In this document: piece after piece, positions 52,134 to 64,000 of the stretch | How positions within the stretch are numbered: position 1 is the stretch's first letter | Layout of the letters: each line of letters opens with the position of its first letter | Assembly (NCBI RefSeq): GCF_963853765.1 | Contig: NC_088860.1 | Location: 25,668,001 to 25,732,000 of the forward strand | DNA: 64,000 bases | Source of the DNA: Magallana gigas | Taxonomy: Eukaryota | Reading direction: 5' to 3' | Notes under the pieces: generated by a model | What the model was told of the DNA's origin: nothing | The model's database searches: none | Seen by the model: only the letters and a program-made list of their open reading frames with translations | Made by a program: the position numbers and the translations under genes

Positions 52134-53637
52134 TTGTAAATAGTATCATGTTTAACATCAAGAGTACTCTACTTAATGGTTACTTTAAAATAAAAAGCTT
52201 TCGTCAATTTAATAGCTTAAGATTAAAAAATAAATCCATAAACTATTAAATGACCATGTTTCCATTAGAGTGTGCATTAATTAAAAGTGATTTTTATGAA
52301 TATTGCTAATGTAAGCGATGTCGTTAAACGTTTTTTATACATATTTTTTTTCTTTTATTCGTACCATAAATCTGACTTTTTATACGGACAATTTAATTAG
52401 TATTCTAGATAGTGTTAGTATTACCATATCTCACTCAACTACATGCTTGGAGTAGTGGATCCACGGAGAACTACTATTCAATTACATGTTGGTAAAGAGT
52501 TCGAGCCATCGATGCAACGTTACTTTTTTTCAAACCCAACTTGTTTATTTATTCCATTATTATTTATTACATTTATTCATTTATCAGTGTATATTTCCTC
52601 TTATGTTTGCATTGGAAATCTGCGACGTTCAATTTTTTATGAATACACTTTGTTAATTCGTGCGCCATGAGCACAAATATAAACGTCTCCACGTGTTTTG
52701 AGTATGTTCATTATTGTAAGATTAAATGAAACTTTGAATCTTACATAACCAATTTGATATGTACTTTTAAAAACAATCATTAATTTATATCTACTCCTAA
52801 AAAAGATTTTTCTCCACAAGGTTTCTGGCACTATATTTTTTGTCGCAAATTTATGACATGTTAAGACTAAGAGCGTAAATAATGGCTATATAGCTGCGAT
52901 ACATAATATTTCATACAAATAGACATCAGTATGAAAATATAAATATAAGCATTGAATGCTTTTAAAAATATCTATCGTAGGCAAATTTGCAATATTTTTG
53001 CAAAACGAATGGATGCCATCCAAAAATTTCATTTTATTTCATTTCATTTATAAAGTTTGAAAGAAAAATAACATTTTTATGATAAAAAAATTACTTTGAT
53101 GCTGAGGATCGAAGAACCTTAAACTACAAAACATGTACATGTATAACCTAAATTTCACAGAAATTTAACAGAATGATTGATAACGAACAAAACATATATT
53201 TTGTCTACATGAGTATAATTGTTCCAGATAATTAAAGTATTTTGAAAAATTTTAAAATGTCGTTGCAAATAATTTTATAATATCCGTAGATGACGTAAAA
53301 AATAATTATTTGTGTCAAAATGGAAGGTCTCTACTAAAAAGCGTTAATAAATTCAGAAGTCTTCTTTAATATAATGTATCTATAACTATATATGACTTTC
53401 TGTGATATGATCATGCAGTTAATCTAATGTAAACGAATATAACCTTACAAAAACAAATCAAATTGATTCCCTGCGTACACAAAAAATTAACACTCATTTG
53501 GTGTACGTTGACCAAATCAATACCATACAAAATATTCAATATACACGTAAGACCTTTGATATATAAAATACATCTTTATTCGATTCTAACAATTTTGATG
53601 CTTATAACACAAACTCACAAAATTCTAAAATTTAATT

Positions 53638-56548
53638 TTATTCAACTTGAAATCTAAAGGAAGAAACATCTCCAATCCCGGCATCGATTACATCCCCTTT
53701 GTCCACTGGCCCTACACCTGAGGGCGTACCAGTCAAAATGACGTCACCTTCCTCCAACGTAAAATACTTGCTAATATAACTTATCAAAAAGGGTATGTTG
53801 AAGATCATGTCTTTGGTGTTGCCATCTTGTTTGGTTTGACCGTTGACCTTTAGCCACAGCTGAACATTTTCTGGATTCGGTAGTTTGTCTTTGGAAATTA
53901 GGTCACCTATAGGACAGGAAGTGTCAAAACCTTTGGCTAGGGTCCATGGGTGACCTTTTTTCTTAGCCTCGTCCTGAAAATGACAAAAAAAAAGAGATGG
54001 GTTTTTTCATTGATACGTGTTCATGTAGCATTATTAAAAAAAAAGAACCTTATCGTTAACAATCTCGAAAGGAATTCATGTAGTACATGTACGTTCGATT
54101 TACTTTTCTTGAAGTTAAAAACATTCAGTGATCAATGCAATAACAGAAAGATGAAGAATTTTAACATTCAGGTTCCTTTCAATGCTACATTTCTTTGCAG
54201 AATATCTCATGAATATTCATATAAACAATAGTTCAGCAATTCGGACCTCTTCGTCTACCTCTACTGCAATCTGATTCATTGACATTAATTATCCTTTCTT
54301 GAATCGCGTCTCCAAAATGTGATTACTTACATAAGCTTTATCACAACACGTGCTGACCTACCTGTAGATCCCTAGCGGTCATATCTAGGGCAAGGACGTA
54401 GCCCCCGATGTGGTCTGCGGCTCGGTCCTCTGTGATATGGCTCCCAGTTTTACCGATCACAATGCCGAGTTCTACCTCATGGTGGAGAGACTTGCAGTTT
54501 GGTGGAATCTGTTACGATGAAAAAAAAATGATAATTTAATCAACAAACTTCTTAGTGTATGAGCTGAGATAGCTTCATGGTTATTCAAATCACATTGCAT
54601 ATTTGAAGTTTATTCATATGCAATTATATAATGATATACATGTAAATATAAATTGAATCAGTGAAAAGTAAAATCATATTAAATGATTTCAGTTTAAAAC
54701 TGAGCCAAAAGTTGAGCATTGTTAAAAGGATTAGAAGAGAAAACATAATTTCCACGTTATTCTTCATTTGGACATTGTCCATCATTTTTAAGCTCTGTCA
54801 TAAGTAACCGACAACTGTCTGTGTACATGTACCTTAATGTTTTGTCCCTGGGTGACGTAGGAGGTGGTGGGCTTCAGGAAGAGGATAGGTTTTGTCGGGA
54901 CGGCGTTCCCTAGCTCAGCGGCATGTTCCCTGAGGGAGACAGGGGAGATCTTTAATAATATGAATCTATCAGTACATCTAATAATTGACAAAAGCACGAA
55001 TTAAGACATTGTTTGGTATTTAAAATAAAATATGTAAAATAATAGAGAAGTTGGATTACTATTTAAAAATTACGAACTGACATGTACTTCTGAATAATAA
55101 TCACAATTTTCATTTATCGTTTAGATGTGTGTATTTATGCTAAAACAAAGAATAAATGAATATCGGAAAGTATTACATATGAAAGGCACTGCACTTTTGA
55201 AATTTTAATTTACCAAGATAAAGACCCCCTCCCATCTCCATCCATCCCCTCAGATTGTCACTAAGGAATTGTTTGTTTGTTTAATTACATACTTGATCTT
55301 TTAAAAACGTTTTTAAGAGAGGGTAGGGGTTCACTTCAAAGTATCTCCGGCTTAAAAAAGAAGAAGACGAATCCACCTCTAATTGCAGTCCAAATGTCAA
55401 TGAAGAAGATTCCTTAATAAAATACATGGATACAAAGCTTTATAAATGTGTGTACTGTATGTATCATTAAATATGATTTTGTTTTTTATGGTTTAAGGTG
55501 ACAAAGTCATAACGCGTTTTCCCCCAACCTTCCAACTGATTGGTTATTGAATGCCAAGCACAACTTTTCGGGCCATTCTGGTGGAGTTCGGAATAGTTCA
55601 CCGTGATTAATTGAATGTCACATATCCCGTCGAGATTCTTTCACTCAAATCCAAAAGACATATTTTAATAAATAGTTGAATAATTGGGGTGTACTAAGCC
55701 CTAACATCTAATCATAAGAGCAAACGACATAAGCTGTATCCCGCACTGAAAATGTCGTATTTTCATTGCATATTTCATTTTTTCTTTTTTATTTGTAAGC
55801 AAAAGCTTCGTGAAGATGTTTAAAGCGCTATATTTACATTCTACTGTGTTTTTCCATTAAATTCTGTGATCTTCAAATGCCTCTAAATGCAACAAGAAGT
55901 CAAAGGTCAAATTGACGAGTTTTATTATGACGTCACACACGTTAAACGCTGTAAACTGCAACGTCACAAGCGAAAATCAAAGTTTACGCTTGCGGCTGTT
56001 ACTGTGGCTCTTCCATTAATATTAACTTACCCTTCGGATAAGATAGGAATTTTAAGGTATGAATCACATTTGCAGACAAGGCAAGAAGTTAAGAAATGTA
56101 AATATAAGCATTGAATCATGATTTTTTGAAGTATACACTCTCATAACTGCAGCGGTGTGTGCATACAAATTTTCAGAACGCGCTAGCGCGCGTTACTCAA
56201 TTTGTATGCACACACCGTTGCAGTTATGAGAGTGTATACTTCAAAAAATCATGATTCAATGCTATATTGTATTGCCTATTTAACTACAGGACAAACTTCT
56301 GCCAGAGTTCGTTTGTTGAAAAACTTCGAACATGTAGATGTAAGTTTGAATCTCAAGACCGAACTCTTTTCAGATCGGATTCGGGATTCCAAACATGCCA
56401 TATTATGACCTGGTGGAGGGCGTGTATTCAAATGTAAAAAAAAAAATGATAAGAAGTGTTTTAAAAAAGCATCGTACTTATAATTTCTTCCGACTGCAAC
56501 AATTTTCTTTCCAAGTTCTCGGAATCTGGACACTGTAGTCGAGGCCAT
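53638..56548 (-). CDS. FAHD1: Fumarylacetoacetate hydrolase domain-containing protein 1 (acylpyruvase / oxaloacetate decarboxylase-tautomerase), 216 aa
   Basis: Exons 56548-56478, 54929-54833, 54508-54362, 53973-53638 (651 nt open). Motifs VAVGRNY, PILFLKP, HHEVELGIVIG, ALDMTARDLQ, PWTLAKGFDTSCP, LEEGDVILTGTPSGVGPV. Confidence 0.97.
56101..56268. mobile_element. Foldback/palindromic MITE in FAHD1 intron 1
   Basis: Near-perfect inverted arms of about 70 bp (aatataagcattgaatcatgattttttgaagtatacactctc...) around a short CG-rich palindromic centre. Confidence 0.88.
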
Positions 56549-56845
56549 TCTCTTGAACTATATACAAAACACACAACTCTAGGGGTCGTTTCAAAACCAA
56601 AACAAGCAAAGTCATAAAATTTTATAGCCGCGTCCACTCAAAGTAAAAGTAAGAAATCTAAATTGATTCGTAAAATGACACAAAATGTTATCATTCACTC
56701 ATTTCTTAGTTATAGAGCAATTTTACTATCAAATATTGTTTTTCATACAATGTATACAATGCATACAAACCCGATCCTATTTTCAATGAGAACTCTCCAG
56801 TTTAGAAGATAGATAAATGCTTTTGTTTATTTCCGATAAATCGAC
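56549..56845. promoter_or_regulatory. Putative bidirectional promoter shared by FAHD1 and PIGS
   Basis: Only 297 nt separate the two divergent start codons. Confidence 0.7.
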
Positions 56846-58660
56846 ATGCCGGGTGAAGAAGCATCAGAAGAAAAGGGTATATGTATTTCCACTTTGCTTG
56901 CAATATAGATGATTTGATATGATGCAAGATATGCTTATATTACAAAAACAATATCTTCTAACATGAAGGTTTATTATATGAAGAAAGATTTTAAAGAAAG
57001 GAAGTCGAGAACATCTGATCAATAATTGATCAGTTAGGCCAAATTATATTTATAGAACCACCATAGCCACAGATACTTGTTTCAGCGCTGAAGCCTAATA
57101 GTGTGATAATAAAACAATGTATCTAACTCCAAATTACGTGGAGTACGACCTTTCCCAGCCGAGATTAAATTGACCAAAATGCAGTAGTTGCATCACTTGC
57201 GTGCCTTTTGCCTTTATGGTTCATGTATTAATATCTAACTGATACTCTGATTTAGATGGGGAGCGCCTATGGTACTCTACATTTTCTTATTATATGGATT
57301 GTACTATGGGCAAAACTTTATCATAGAAACAGGTGCCTATGATTAGAACGTAAGAACTTAGGGAGCAAGCTAATGATTGTCAGATTTAATTTTTTTTTTT
57401 TTTAGATAAATCTATTCAGCATACAGCAGCACTGAGTTTTGGGTTCATATGTCTCATAATTGGAATACCATTGTGGTGGAAAACAACAGAGGTGTACCGG
57501 GTCAATCTGCCCTACTCAGATATAGCGGACCTATCGAATACTAAGGTAACTAAACTTTGCTACAGGTACATGAACTAGACTCTGTAAGATTCAAATGATT
57601 GTTTTAAAAAATTATTACGGTAGGTCAATATTCTGATCTTTTGTCAACTAAAATTGATATGGTGTTGATTTTATTGTTTATTTTATAAAAAAAATTGGTA
57701 CACTACAGAATGAAAGTTTTTTTTTCTGTGAAGTCTTAATTACTTCTAGAATGACAAGATTTCTAATTCAGTTTCAGTTTACTATTGACATTGATGTGGT
57801 TAATTTGGAGAAGTCATGGACCGACAAAGATCTGACAGATTTGTCCAAGCTATTGAAGGCAAACTTAGGTAAAAATAAATGATGACGTCTTTATGTTGCA
57901 AAACATACTTTCTAAAAGTGAAAATAAAATGATAAGCCAAACCATGCAGATCTATATCAAATTGATAATTGTTTTTTAATTGTCGGACTTGTGAAGGACT
58001 AATTAATTTGAAAACTTGTAAAATATTTTAAATTCTGTTTTCAAAAATATGTGTAGCTGATGACAGGAAAGTTGGAGCTATTTTCCCAAAGTACCGTGTG
58101 GCAGTCCGACAGGCAGCAGAACAACAATCAAGTGACGTTACTTCACTGAAAACATTAGCAGGTAGCGCAAGCACTGATTGTGAATTTAATAATCTTATAT
58201 TTAGCTAATTGTATTGATAACTGAAAAATTTAACTGTTCTCTATCAATACAAATCATTAATATTTTTTAAAGACTTTCGTTGGTCATGTTGATATTGTCA
58301 GTCACAGACAGTGATATTTTTGAAGTTATTTTTCATTTTCACGATGTCTTACTATTTTTGCATTAAAATTCTTTCTTTACAACAGTTCTTGCAGAAAAAC
58401 GAAAGCGAAATTTTAAAATCTTTGAATGGTGCTTCTCGCAATTTTACATGGATATTAATCTCTCATGTTTAATCAGGAATCTACAGTAACATGATACTTT
58501 TTTGGGCATTTTAGCACTTGATGAATATTTCCATGGGGAGGAGTCTTCTGTCAACAAATACCTGATTGTTTTGATGCCTGTAAACAATGCAGTGGTTAAA
58601 CAGACAACCATTGGGAACTACAGGGCAGTATATCTACCAGCTGGAAAAAGAGGTACTCAA

Positions 58661-58717
<57 letters not shown>

Positions 58718-61700
58718 GAATATTATTTTAGTATTTTTTACAATGCATGGCAGCCATTTTCATAATTTGTTTATACCGGTACATGTAACTTTCAGATCTG
58801 AAGACAGTTTCAGCTGAGGTCACAGAGATCCTTCATAATGTGTTGGTCAGAGAGGATGCATTGCTGAAGTCCTTTCAGAATTTTCTGGGTGCCAGAGAAC
58901 CAAAGGTATGATTAAGATGTGTTTCTAACACAAATGCATTTTTGTCATCAATATAGAAATGTTAACTTTACTGATACATGTATATCACAGGTTTACAGAT
59001 TATGAATCATGAACTACCTTAACCCATTTGATAATGAATACTTTTGCATAATACTGCAGCTATTTACCAATTATTTGGTCATCTTGTAGCTTTTTTGTTT
59101 AATTTTGTTTTCGTAAGAAACTTTGGCCATCTGTTAATTTGCTTTTACTGTTCATTGTACATGTATTTCTGTTAGGTTTGGTTTTAGTTATTTTGAGTAA
59201 CAACAGATTTGAATTGAAATTATGTCATTTTGTGTGATGGGAATTTTTAAAACGGACGAATTCATGGATCTTACATGTACATGTTGGATATTAATTGACA
59301 CATTTTATTTCAAATTTGAATTTGATGTTGAATTGACAGGATAAAGCAAGTATGAGATCTCTTAGCTATCACCAAGGCTATGACATATTGTTCACCTTAG
59401 TGAACCCCCAGCCTGATATCCTGGATATTGATTGGTCAATCAAGGAGGCAGTGGAAGGTACATTTAACACACTGAAATTTACAATTCATATAACACACTA
59501 AATAGTGTATATCCATTTTTTCACGTGTCACAAAATTTGCAAAAATATATAACTTTGCTTATAGCAAATAATACCGGATATAATTTCTGCAAATTGGATA
59601 TTTTGCGATGAAAAAGTGATTGTAAAAAAAACCTACAAAAATTAGATCATTGTGAAAATTACCAGTTGTAAGTTATGATGTGAATCTATTTTCATAGATT
59701 ATTCAATCTTTGTTATAGCATAAGGTATTGAAGATCTTACAGATTTTTGTTCAATTTTGCATTATATTTATTTATACCATCCAGACAACCCTCCTAATAT
59801 TTTGCTATATTTGCATCAGAAATTCTTTTAATTTATGTTTTCATAGACCAGGCAGTCCTGCATATCTTCTTCTTCTTTTTTTTAGCTTACCTGAGTCCTA
59901 TGGTCAAGCAGCTCTCAGACTACATCAATCTAGATATCAAGTCACAGGTCAGATATTTATAGATATCTTCAATCTAGATATCAAGTCACAGGTCAGATAT
60001 TTATAGATATCTTCAGTCTAGATATCAAGTCACAGGTCAGATATTTATAGATATCTTTAGTCTAGATATCTAGTCACAGGTCAGATATTTATAAATATCT
60101 TAAGTCTAGATATCTAGTCACAGGTCAGATATTTATTAATATCTTCAGTCTAGATATCTAGACACAGGTCAACTATGAGTACCGGTAGATATTTCAAGTT
60201 GTACCGGTATGTAGCTATTTTCAGATAACTATAAAAGTCTAGGCATCAGGTGATCTGTTAAGTATATACAAGCAGACAAATTCAGAATAAGATCAACCCT
60301 CGTCTTTACACTGTAGATGTTATTTTTCACCGGCCTCAGAAGAAAACCACACAAGGACAAAAAGAACTCAGGTTTCTACTATGAGGAGACAGATTTACCA
60401 CACACCATTAATCCTTTGGAAGCCAATCTAGGTGAGAGAAAGGGAGCAACACCTGAATTCACAGTATTTACTTAATCCGCAATAACACATGTATTTCATG
60501 TATGATAGAACATCAAATTTTTTGTGTATCAAACAATCTTTTTACAAATTCAAAGTGGCAGTTTCATACGTATTACCATTGCTACTTTTTCAGGGTCACA
60601 TGCCTCCAATAATCCCATGCTGAACTTCATTGTATACGTACCTAGCAGGGACCAGCACCCTTTACACATTGTCCTTAAAAATGGTAAAAGTTTAATAAAT
60701 ATTTTACATTGATTATTAAAGTTAACTTAAGAGCACTTTTATAATCAGTACCAGTTTACAAGTAAACATATAACTGGATTTTTCAATTAAAATAAATATT
60801 GAGTCTAAATGCAAATTCCTCTCATGAAAATTGTTGTTTCCAATACCTACATGTAAAGATATACATATTTTGCTAATTTCCCCCACATGTCTCTGATTAA
60901 AAGGTGAGAAGGTGAAGACCAACTCCTTTTTGAGCCCCCAGTGGGGAGGGATTGTGGTCCAGAACCTGCCCTCACCCCCTCCCAACTCCAGCCTCCCTGT
61001 CAGAGTGACGGTAGACATGAAGACTTTGATGGAGGTGTTCCTAACTCAACTCAGACTCCTCATGGACTTCAACATTCAGGTACATTTTACTTAAGGAACT
61101 TTGATCCTTTAACAATAGAGATAACTCCCACAGAGGTAAATTGCCATTAATCCATCATAATATTTTTAAGTTGAAGAGCAACATTTTATTGTGTTTAGAG
61201 TACACATGTATTATTTTCGTAGAGTTTCCAGTTTGTTGAGTTGGAGGGGATAGAGTATAGGGGTTGACTATATTAAAAGTCAGGATTAAGGTCAAATGCT
61301 GTGTATTGATATTAATCTGACTCATAATCTGACGCAAATTTAGAAGCATGCTCTCTTATGAGGGCGTGCTGCACCTTCCTCAATATACTCACTTTGTTGT
61401 AGATGAAGTGATTATAATCAAGAAATTTTCTCATTTTACAGGTCAAGAAAGACCTACAAGTCAGAGAAGTAGGAAATGACGTAATTAGAGAATGGGTAAG
61501 AAGATCTGCAGATCTTTATGTATGCGTTAAATATGGATCTGCTTAGAAACCAATTTTAGTCCACAAAATTATGTTTATCTCGTCAATGAAAACTGAAGCT
61601 GAAGCTGTATTTTTGAATGTCACATCCCTCCTTTGAGACATCATGATAAATCGATATGTGTCATGCAGTGATCCCCCTAACTGGTTGTGGCAATGTCTTT

Positions 61701-63990
61701 ATGAAAATCTTAACTGTTAGTGTGTGTTTGACCGAGTACTTGTATGTTGGAATGTAAAAATTTGATAATTTTTAAGGGTAAAATTTTGCCGTTTTGGTTT
61801 GTCTTTCAGAGTAGAGAAGTCACAAACTGTGTTATTGTTTATAAATCTGTTCCCTCAGTGAATAAAATTTGTGAAATTATAGTCATTTTAAACTGGCCAT
61901 CTGTATGATAAACATGAAGATAATTTGAAGTCAGATTTTTCTGTGTTGACCAGGAGCTGGATAATTGGCTGAGGAAGAAATGTCTGGAGAACTTGGCCAC
62001 GTCTATATCCACACTGCAGTCCCTGACCGCGCTCCTGGAAGGAATCAGCAATATTGTCATACAGGATGACATAGGACAGCAGGTCTCCCTAATTGCAGCT
62101 TCTTGGGTCTCCTGCGGAGCTCCAAAAAAACACTGAATGTTTTACATAGTCATCCATAAAACACTGAATGTACTGTAGATTCCTAATTAAATGCGAGGAA
62201 TTAATTTCCGCGTAAAATCGCGAGAAGCGAAATTATAACAAAAAATTGGTGATCGCGATTTTATATTCTTGTGATTTGATACAAAACAGCGGAATTGCAG
62301 AATTAAGTACTCGCGTAAAATAAGGAATTTACAGTATTACATAATCATCCATGACAACCCCCCCCTTTTTATAAAACTTGATATAAACGCAACACATTTT
62401 ACGATCTGTTGAAATGTGAGTTAGACTTCATTAAAGTCAATGATATACCCTAAAATATAATGAAGAAGCGACATACAAGGCTGTCTAGCCGATACTTATA
62501 TTAAATAGATCTTGATATCTAACATATGATATTGTTTATACATTCGAGGTGCTTGTCCGAGCTCTGCCAGAAAGGCCCGAGAATTTCCTATTGCAGGTCT
62601 TCCCACAATTTATATCATTTGTGTTTATTTAATAAATTATTTGGAATTATACTTTGTTAATGACATCAATTTTTCAAAAATTTCAAAGGTTGTTTTAAAT
62701 TTTTTTATGATGGACAAATTTTATTGAAGTCCCTCTATTTATTTTTAATGTTTCTCTTTTGGTCAAGAGTAATCCCTTCATAAATGATATTTTGTTTTTT
62801 GTTTTTTTGCACATGCATTGCATTATACCGTATATCCGTATATTTACGCTTTATTTTCGCGATGTCTTTTAATTCGCAAATTATTGAATACACTGAAATT
62901 ATATTCTGTATTATTTTCTATAAAAAACTATTTAAATCGCAAAAAATGACTGGCGCAAATTAAAAATGCTACACATTTTCCTTATTTTCGCAAATTTTGT
63001 GACGCGCGAAAAAAAACGGATATATGCCTAATATGGTATTAACCAACCATTCATTCTCACACTTCTGCTTTATTATCTCTGTAATCTATGGATCTAGTTT
63101 TATTTCATACAGGTGGAAAATGCAGTGACTGGGATAAAAGAGGCCCACAGACACCTGTCCAGTGGGCAGATAGCCCGGGCTTTTACCCAGTCCCGGAAGG
63201 CCCTGGCCTCATCAGGTGCATATTTCTATCAGGCTTTGCCCAGTTTTATCCAGAAGTGGATAATAATTCATTCCTTGACATTCTAGATATTATAAATATC
63301 TATACATTTATTCATGTTATATGCTGGTGACTTTGAATTTTGATTATACTGTAAGTGAACAAATCTTAAATTAGAAAATTGTCCACAAAATAAGTTGAAT
63401 CGTGAATAATTCATGCCCCTTTTTGAATTGGCACACTTCCATGAATGAAATCTAATCCATTGCAGTGTTGCTTGCACTTTAAAAAAAAAAGTTATATCTG
63501 GGTTGGTTTTTCATCTCTAAGAACCCAAGAGATTAACTCTTCTATTTGTGGATTGAGAATGATAAATATTCATGAAAACTTTAAAAATTCAATAAGTTTG
63601 CCCACATTTGTTGAGAATATGACTGGTTATGGGTTTCTGACAATGTACATTTATTTAAAATACGGTACATGCTGCTGCCTGTTACCCTGAATCAATAACA
63701 TTGTTGTAGCTTTAGTATAATTTTTTTTACACCCAATCTGTACATACAATTCCCTCACCACACAAAAAAACCTAATGCATTGAAAGTTAGTACACGATGT
63801 ATAGGGTTTGGAAGGTTTTATATACATGGATATGTATTGCTCTGTCATTATTTACATGTATCTTGTGTATGCTTTTCTTTCCATTACTGTATCTATATAT
63901 TGAATCTTATTCTAACTCTCATTTCATTGCAGAGAAAGCTTTCTTCGATCCGTCCCTCCTAGAACTGCTGTATTTTCCAGAAGATCAAAA
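56846..63990 (+). CDS. PIGS: GPI transamidase component PIG-S (3' end beyond the window)
   Basis: Exons 56846-56876, 57406-57545, 57772(or 57778)-57868, 58057-58161, 58515-58652, 58796-58905, 59340-59457, 59886-59947, 60317-60431, 60594-60683, 60904-61079, 61442-61495, 61954-62082, 63113-63215, 63933-63990; phases consistent. Motifs [65 protein letters not shown]. Confidence 0.96.
58663..58715. repeat. (CT)n microsatellite in PIGS intron 5
   Basis: About 26 units starting 10 nt after the donor. Confidence 0.97.
59929..60172 (+). repeat. 44-bp minisatellite spanning the PIGS exon 8 / intron 8 junction, 5.5 copies
   Basis: Unit tctagatatcaagtcacag|gtcagatatttatagatatcttcaa starts at 59929, 59973, 60017, 60061, 60105 and 60149. 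Confidence 0.95.
62171..62336. mobile_element. TA-flanked Tc1/mariner-like MITE in PIGS intron 13
   Basis: Ends tactgta / tacagta with extended imperfect TIRs (attcct.att..a.gcgag / ctcgc.t.aaataaggaat). Confidence 0.8.
62826..63038. mobile_element. MITE family Y copy in PIGS intron 13
   Basis: Ends taccgta / tatggta; homologous to 40744-40931. Confidence 0.7.
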
Positions 63991-64000
63991 GTATGTATCA

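Noticed and set aside
58502-58817. ORFs with SLSLSL runs
   Set aside because: Read-through of PIGS exon 5 into a (CT)n intron microsatellite.

Overview
AT-rich eukaryotic genomic DNA with GT-AG introns, most likely from a Crassostrea/Magallana oyster (inferred from a ~166-bp Cg170-like satellite inside a Helentron and typical bivalve repeats). It has one 165-N gap. I rebuilt these genes by hand from splice sites and intron phases. (1) A KY/hillarin-type C-terminal-domain ORF (20032-20709). (2) A 3-exon, 136-aa secreted protein resembling the meteorin N-terminal domain (30185-31180). (3) A tandem minus-strand cluster of three divergent paralogues (35.6-52.1 kb), each with signal peptide, short propeptide, EGF and a Cys-bonded domain that I infer is a highly divergent MAM fold; the third copy has a frameshift in its EGF exon. 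(4) FAHD1 (4 exons, minus), head-to-head with (5) PIGS (15 exons, plus, running off the window end). There are also several weaker orphan exon chains, a complete non-autonomous Helitron, a satellite-carrying Helentron, many MITEs, and mini- and microsatellites. Most ORFs in the supplied track are noise or antisense shadows. All homology calls come from motif recognition, not database searches.
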